A DNA stretch of 57,820 nt, filler included, from Sphacelaria rigidula (Eukaryota), in the NCBI GenBank assembly GCA_964200075.2. It is 6 parts of 6 records of this genome, joined end to end, with 100 filler letters (N's around TTAATTAATTAA, not from the genome) between each part and the next. Parts side by side here need not be neighbours in the genome. Positions count along the whole stretch, not along the records: positions 48,269 to 57,820 come from CAXNAA020008242.1; 5 more parts are not named here. The stretch is one strand, 5' to 3'. Position 1 is the stretch's first letter; every line of letters starts with the position of its first letter. Shown here piece after piece: positions 50,801 through 57,820 of this stretch. The notes below the pieces were generated by a model, which saw nothing but the letters and a program-made list of their open reading frames with translations, was not told where the DNA came from and searched no databases. The translations under genes were made by a program, and so were the position numbers.

Positions 50801-53800
50801 TACGTTCATACTAAAACCAAGTAGTTAAAAGCTTGCACGTTTCAAACTCAAAAGGAGCACAACTTCGCGCCGAGTTTTGACATTAGACCCTGAAACTTTG
50901 CATACGCGTGCGATGGTGTCACTACGAAACCCTCGAAAAACGAGTTTTTCTCCACTTTTCGGCTTTTTCCACATTTTTTTCGAGGGTCCGACGGGGTCGA
51001 AGTTTCCCCCAGGACCCTGCGACCGCCGAAAAACTGTGAACAGGAGTTCAAGACTTAAAAAAAAGTTCTTCGAGAGTTACGCAATGGCTCATAGAATATT
51101 TGTGCAAAATTTTATGGCCCAACTCCTGAAAACGGCATGAAGTTTTGCAGATGAGTGCTTTTAGTGTGAAAGGCGTGAACCAGCCTGTATTTGTGGGAAG
51201 TTCAACCGTGTTTTGTGGATCATATGGCCAACACGCCCCGACCGATGCCATGGCCTCCTTGTGGAACATACGTGAGATTTCAAGCCGTAGAACCTTCCCA
51301 GGCTGAACCTACCGACGTGGGCGATACAATGTTACCACTCTGCCTTGTATGGAGCTTAGTAGGGGTCATTTTTATCGATGTGCAAGGTTCGTCCAAGAGA
51401 AAAACGACGTGCGCAAAATGGCGTGTGCGTGTCAAACCCACCAAATGAACAAAAGGAGAACAACGAAGGACCAAAAAGGCAGGATCTCCCACTACACGAG
51501 TAGAGCACAATGAATGCACGCGATTTGCACCAACCTTCCCCTCAATAGATGCGTCCCTCATCAGTCATTTCTGGAAAGCCTGAGACTGTGCAAACACCCC
51601 TCTTTGATTCATGTGTTACAATGAGAATCATCCAGAGCGAGTCATGAAAAAAATACATCGTAGACCATTTGAATGAATTTTGGCCGGTTATTTTTTGCCT
51701 TGTTCATCTATGTTTTCAACAGAGGAAACACTATTTTGTCTAAATCCTACACAGATCTTATACAACTCGCGGTACTCTTGTTGCAAAGTAATTCCCCGGA
51801 GCAATATCTGTGCACATTGATCCGTAGACTACGGACGAGAGGAGTGTATCCGCGTGGTCACAGGCTTCTCAGCGTAAAGGAATGTTGAGGGCAAATCGCG
51901 TGCGTTCCTTTTTAATACCACCCTTCAATCTGGCCTAAAGTGGCCATACCCCGGACACTAGACTACGTTGGCGGAAAGTGTACTACGTATAGTATCGAAT
52001 ATTGCGTCTAATGCAAAATAGACAACACAGTCGCTCTGTACGCATTACGCCTTTTAGTAGTGTAACCTGTTGTCCAGGGAGTGAAACTGGCATGGAGTTG
52101 GTCGGAAGCTGGGTTCAAAGACGTTGGGCCGCACCCTCGCCCTTCACTTGTGGCCGAGACCAGGAACAAAAAACCACGCACTGAAGGAAGTGACCCTTCT
52201 AACCTTTTTTGCGCCGGAACCCTCACATCTACCCCGGGTCGACCCCTCAAAATATGCGGAAAACTGCGACTTCAGTCACATTGAGAACGCCATATTACGT
52301 GGGTGACAGAGTCGGAACTCCGAATTTCTGCGGAAGCACATATTGCCGGGGGCAGGTAGGTGATACAAACATGCAATGAACCCAAGGTAGACCCAGATCG
52401 CCCACTTATTTGCCCACTTGCTATTTGATCGGGTCGATCTGACAATTCCGGCGGTGTTACACGAATCGGGCACAAGATGGGAATGTGTGGCCTACATCAC
52501 ATTTGCCCATCGTTGCAGCCACGGGCTAATTAATGTGCGAGTGCTTCATGACAGCCCCCAATGCAACTTCGATCAAATGAGAGCGGTAAAAGAGAAGACC
52601 GCACGGCGTCCTCTCCCGTATTCTCCGAAGGGGACCCTCAGTGGTTCACCGTCCACGCTTTGTCGCAAAACACTTTGCCCTCGTAAAACAGGCAAGCAAT
52701 GGTCTCGGGTTAGCGGATATGGGGTCGCCATCACTCGTCACCTCCTTTGCACCGCCGCATGCACCGCGGTGCCAGCATCTTTGGTCCGCAGACTGCTGTA
52801 CTACCGCATGTAAAGTGTCATCTAACTACTGTCCTTCTGTTGCTGACAGTACAGAAAGCACATGCTGTCTGTACTGCATGTTGTTCAACTCTTTTGAGAA
52901 CGAGTACAGTACGACCCAGGCCACCCTGAAACATTTTATGGGCGCTTGATCAGCTTTGCACGGCCCGTTTCAAGACTTTGAAGCTGGGAACTCGACACAA
53001 GGTTCATGTAGTAAGACGCAATAACCTATTGCAGGAGCCAATAAAACAACTCAAAATCCTGCAAATTAGAGCCAGTGTAAGATTCTAAAAAAAAAATGCT
53101 ACAACTCAACCGATAGATACTCATATCTTTGGTTATTACAACACGTATTTGCCTATTGACATGAACAACGCAGTACTGGGCGCCTGAACTATTCATTCTT
53201 TAATTTCTTCGTAATGGCCTATTGTCTTGGGCTCTTTCATTTTCCACTGTTCATCATGTTCGAGATCTGAAGATGCTCGTACCCGCTTCGCACTTGAAAA
53301 AAAAATCATCTGTACTCAGTATCAAGTGACTTACGGGCTGACCAGTCATCGGGGGTCCTGACACCGCACAGCCCAGATGCTCATTCTTCGGTATTTCTGG
53401 TTGAACGAGCGTGTCCCGATCGCAGTTGTGAAGAAATGTACAGTTTTCTTCTTTTGACTCTACGTACTCATTGCACTAGAGCCGAAAAACTGTGTTTCAC
53501 GGTCATGAACACCCTCCTGGTAAACGGGGGATCTGCTCCTATTGCCCGATAAAACCAACAAACACTAACTTGGGCACTCGGGGAGGGAGGACGATCTGTC
53601 TACATGACCAAAATCTACCGGCGCTAGCATTTTCGAGTTCTCTCCAACAGTATTCGCGATACAAAGCCCTTCTGGACGAGAAACAGTTCAGGCGCCCAGT
53701 ACCATACTTGAAGAAATTTAGCAAAAAACTCCTCAAGTTGGGCCGCGTATTCCATTTTTGTGTCACACCGATTCACTCGTTGGTTAAAAGCGTTGTTTCT

Positions 53801-56204
53801 TTTCAATAATATGGAGGCGGCATTTGGGAATAAAGGCGCGCAAACACGGCACACCCGGCGTATTATAATCAAACTTCACGTATGTGCGGCTTGAAGCCGC
53901 CGGTAGATGTTGACGCAGCAGCTTTGGCGACCCAGGGCGTTTTGTGCGCCGCGTGGCTTGAAAGGATGATAATGCACAATGATGAGGTGTTCCGGAACAT
54001 TCCATGACATTCTAATGACAATTCTGGAGGGAAATGGTATGAATTCCGCGCGGGAGGCAGCGGCAGATCTCGACAATTCTTTCGTCGAGGTCCGCCGCTT
54101 GTCGGTCGATGCTGGCAGTAACACCGTAAGGCATCACCAGTTGAGGTTAACCATATGGTAATGGTATCTTCCCTTGGATCCTAGAAGCCGTGTCAAACAA
54201 GACGCGGTCGTACAGCGTAGCCGAAGTGAAGAGTGTCTTCTGCCAAGGACCACTGTGGACCTGTTTATGCAGCGGGAAACATCTCCCTTCAGACAGCGCC
54301 AGACCTAGGTGGCCGGCTACCACGACCGGTCTGACGAGGACGGGGGCGATTGCTGAAGTATTTTATCAGAATCAACAAGAGACTCTTAGCGTTTACGCTC
54401 CCACATGAATATCTTGAGCTTTCTCTGACAGGTGCGTGCTCGCTCTTTTGCGGATTATTTGTCAACATTTCACTAAGTTCCAGAATAGGACAGAGTGCAC
54501 GTTGCAATTTTCATGGATGGATCGCAGGTATTCCAGCCCAGTCGAGGCGTATTTTGCATCGTACAGTCAGTACTACAAAATAACTCGCTGTACTGCCGGC
54601 TAGGAACACACAGTGTCAACTTCGTTCGGTCTTACCGGGCCGCAATCCATTTCGGGTAACAAGTGATGCCTCCCTCCACAGTAATATACATCCTTTCCCT
54701 TCCGGCTGCCTCAGCGGTGGCGCAAATTTTCTAGCGCCACCTTGCCGTACTGATGTGGGCATCTCTCTTTCAAGGACGTCTGCCCCTCTAGTCTGGGCAT
54801 ATTTCACGCCTTGGAGCATGACCGCCTCCAGTTGGTCGCCACGGACGATGAATTATAACCTCAGTAAAATATCTCCATATAAGACAGGCCTACGGACAGC
54901 GGGTGTGCCTTATCTAACCCGAACGGTGTGTGTGTGTAGGTTGTAGCTTCTCATTCGGTGAAAGGGTACGGAGTGTGCGGAGCCGCGACGTGGACGGGAC
55001 GGACTTTGCCAGGTAGGGCTTGGGGCTCATAGTGGCCGGGTTGGGGCGCTCCGGACGGGGAGCCTCCCAGACGGGACTACTCATATGACGAGCCAAGACT
55101 GGGTAGTGGAGGATGACAGTACTAGGGTGAATATTGAAACGAGACAACACTGGTAATTGGTACGGTACATGAGACTTTCACAAAGGTGGAGGATCGAGTT
55201 CGAATCAACACAGGTATTTGCTTCTTCTCCAGAATCTGGGTCCGTCGTTGAGGTCATGTATCCTGCAGTGTGTTTCACCCCCTTTTTTTGAGCGGCAGAG
55301 CGTGCATAAGTGGACCATCTGCTATAGAAATGTGAGCTCTAAGGCTTGCCCAGTTCGTACATGTTTAAGCATTTCACGCGGGACTGTCAGCCGAAATGTT
55401 GTACCGAAACGAGGACCAGCGCTCGAAGCGTTGAGGATGACACACCCTTTTCACACTACTGGCAGCGCAAAACCTTCCACAGACTCCCGAGCACTAGAAC
55501 TTTTGGCACAAATAGTGTACCCTGCGGCATAGGGGAGGGGAAAAAAAGAAGGGTTATCCCGTCAAGGGGGGGGTGGGTTTACTCTGTCACTTACTCCTCT
55601 GACTACAGTACTTCCACTGCGCTGGCGGCGCTACAGTTTACTTGGAAAAACGTACGGATTTGCAAGTCGCCAAGCTGTTGCTCATAAGCTCTTCGCCCGA
55701 CTGCTGGGTTAACACGGGGGCGTTGAACATGCAACATATCTCTGTCTCGCCTGTTCAACTATTGCTTCAACTGAGTACAATTGTGTGCACGTATTCCACT
55801 GCACTGCAATATTTCCTTCTATACGGTAGTTCCCCACCTGATTCGACATGATTTCGGGCACACGAGACGAAGTTGCCACAATTCCGAACAAGTTACAATC
55901 CCTCGACGTTCAGCAGTACGATACGGGAGTCAATAGTATGCGTACCAGCAAGCTTGGTACTCAGGATTCCCTGAGCGAGCCTACTCATCACGAGAGCGGG
56001 CCTAGCGTGGTCATCGGACACTTGAACAGTTGTGGCGACAAACTTGTTTTTCTCAACTACGCCGTACCGTACTGTTGTTTGGCTCGGCTCGTGCACAACA
56101 TGACCACGACTACCTACAACAAATACAATCGTGCAAATTGAATCTCCCGCATCTCAGTGACGCACTCTTGACACACCCGCTTGCCATATCTATTTGGGGA
56201 GCTT

Positions 56205-56634
56205 GCCTGCTTTGTTCGCTGGTGGATTCGATCCCCGCACTGACCGCCATCGAAGTTACAGCGCTCCTTCCAGATCTGAGCAAAGACTTCAGCCAAGCCC
56301 GAGAGTGCGACTGTTGTATATACGCCCGCTGCTCGGTGAGCCGGTTAACGCTTGATCGCCGATCCGCACCAACGACGATGGTGCCGGGAACAACGAAACC
56401 ATACTCACCTTTTATCAAACGTGTTGCTCTACAGACTGTGTCTCTTTTCATGGCCTGCGAAGAAGCTCGTGCAGGTGGCGCCAAAAGGAGAAGGCAAACC
56501 AGTGTACTGCTTCTTCGATTAGGTCGTCTACGCCGGCGATTCGTCAACGTACCACGGTCGGTGGGTGTTGTAAGGGGTGTGCATGCCGTCCGAGAGGCGG
56601 GAGTGCAACACTCACCAACACGCACTAGTGGCAT
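56205..56634 (-). CDS. Possible first exons of an unknown gene or pseudogene
   Basis: ORF MPLVRVG..RRRRRPNRRSSTLVCLLLLAPP.. ends at a strong donor (aaag|gtgagt, ~56409). A candidate next exon from ~56310 reads ALSGLAEVFAQIWKERC. Downstream exons could not be joined. Confidence 0.3.
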
Positions 56635-57820
56635 GACGAACAACAGTTGAGCAATCCCTTTTGCGTGCTATTTTTTTTCTCTAAAGCGCCTTTATCCCCC
56701 TGATAATCCGTTTTTCTAGGAGATTCCACCAACTATGTTCCTATCCAGCTATCAGCACAGGCCCCTTCCGTGGGGTGCTCGTGATGGGCATTCCCCAAGG
56801 GCAACAATACGCTGTTGCCTTCATGGTTTGCTTTTCCCCTATATTCCTTAAAGCATTAGACTTGCATAGATCAGTTCCCGTAGACCGTGGAAGACTTCAT
56901 TGTTTTTTTCAAGGATGTCGATTACCTGTGCACCCGTAATCACCGGTAATAATGAGGGCGTATTTTGGCACTTTTTTTCGATCGAAAAAGTGCGAACGAA
57001 TATTTTTCTGCCTACCTGATAGGTCTATCGCATTTATGTTCCTCGAAGGCTTCAACTCAAAATTATAACTAGCGGCGCGCGGAGAAGAATGCAAGGAGTG
57101 AAAAAACATTTTTTTTCGATCGAAAAGATGCAGTCGAAAGGCACGACGCGGCACTTGGCTCTTGTCTTACAAACCACCACGCCAAATAACACCCATTCAC
57201 AGGACCATGCAAACTCCACCCGACTCATTCTCAGCTACCACCGCAACCCTGCAGCATAGAGCACAGGGATAGATAAACGAAAGTACTTGGGTAGTGCTTT
57301 ATTGAATTTTTGTTAGCGAAAACTTGCCTATCTTCTCTCATGGCAGTCATCAGGGACGGAACTGCGTGCGGTACGGTGGGCAACCGAGTTGCGTGCACCG
57401 TCATCATGGACAATACAGGCAGTACCTCATTGCACCTTGCTGATGTTATTTTCAAGTCGCATTGTAAGCAGAGAGAACTGATAGTCTTGGGCTGTCTACA
57501 CTGCACATTGTCCGCTTCCCCTTTATCTTCTCCTCCTGCACGAAGCACGCACACACGCACTCAAGACACCCTACTTGCAAGCAGTGCAAACAGCACAATG
57601 TACCGTTTCACGAATTCATTGTCTTCTCTCGATCGAAAGTTTGAAAATCCATCCAGACCCAACTGCATCAAAACGAGAATTTTTTACTTCACGAGCTGGG
57701 TCAGCCTAAAAACGGATTTAAGCTCTAAAAGCGGTATCTCATCGACACAGACGAGTTGGGCCGTGACCCGCATATCGTATTAATCTTCTAACCAAGGGGA
57801 ATGTGCCCATCTGCTCAAAA

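Noticed and set aside
49084-55150. Short ORFs in contig 6 as viral or transposon genes
   Set aside because: Coding-like patches are interrupted by stops and repeats and no family motif was recognised. BLASTX would be needed.

Overview
Eukaryotic, intron-rich, repeat-rich DNA, most consistent with a brown alga (Phaeophyceae) or related stramenopile. The taxon is inferred from GT-AG introns, a multi-WSC gene and the repeat content. The window is not one locus. It is six contigs of 9554, 9554, 9554, 9553, 9553 and 9552 bp joined by identical 100-nt N44-TTAATTAATTAA-N44 linkers, so nothing should be inferred across the gaps. Contig 1 holds the 3' ends of two convergent genes of unknown function plus SINEs and microsatellites. 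Contig 2 holds a complete 15-exon, 767-aa secreted protein gene: signal peptide, five WSC domains built from phase-0 exon modules, Pro/Thr linkers, an RRxL/LRG/RxL motif and a C2-like C-terminal module. This is the most interesting object in the window. Contig 3 holds the probable 5' part of an LTR retroelement with a 63-bp coding tandem repeat and a spliced, decaying hAT transposase. Contig 4 is a nest of foldback/MITE elements and SINEs. Contig 5 holds the 5' and catalytic exons of dyskerin (DKC1/CBF5), an hAT MITE with an 8-bp TSD and a 257-bp GAG..CTC MITE. Contig 6 is mostly repeats and degenerate coding remnants. All gene models were built by eye from splice signals and frame continuity; no database search was run.
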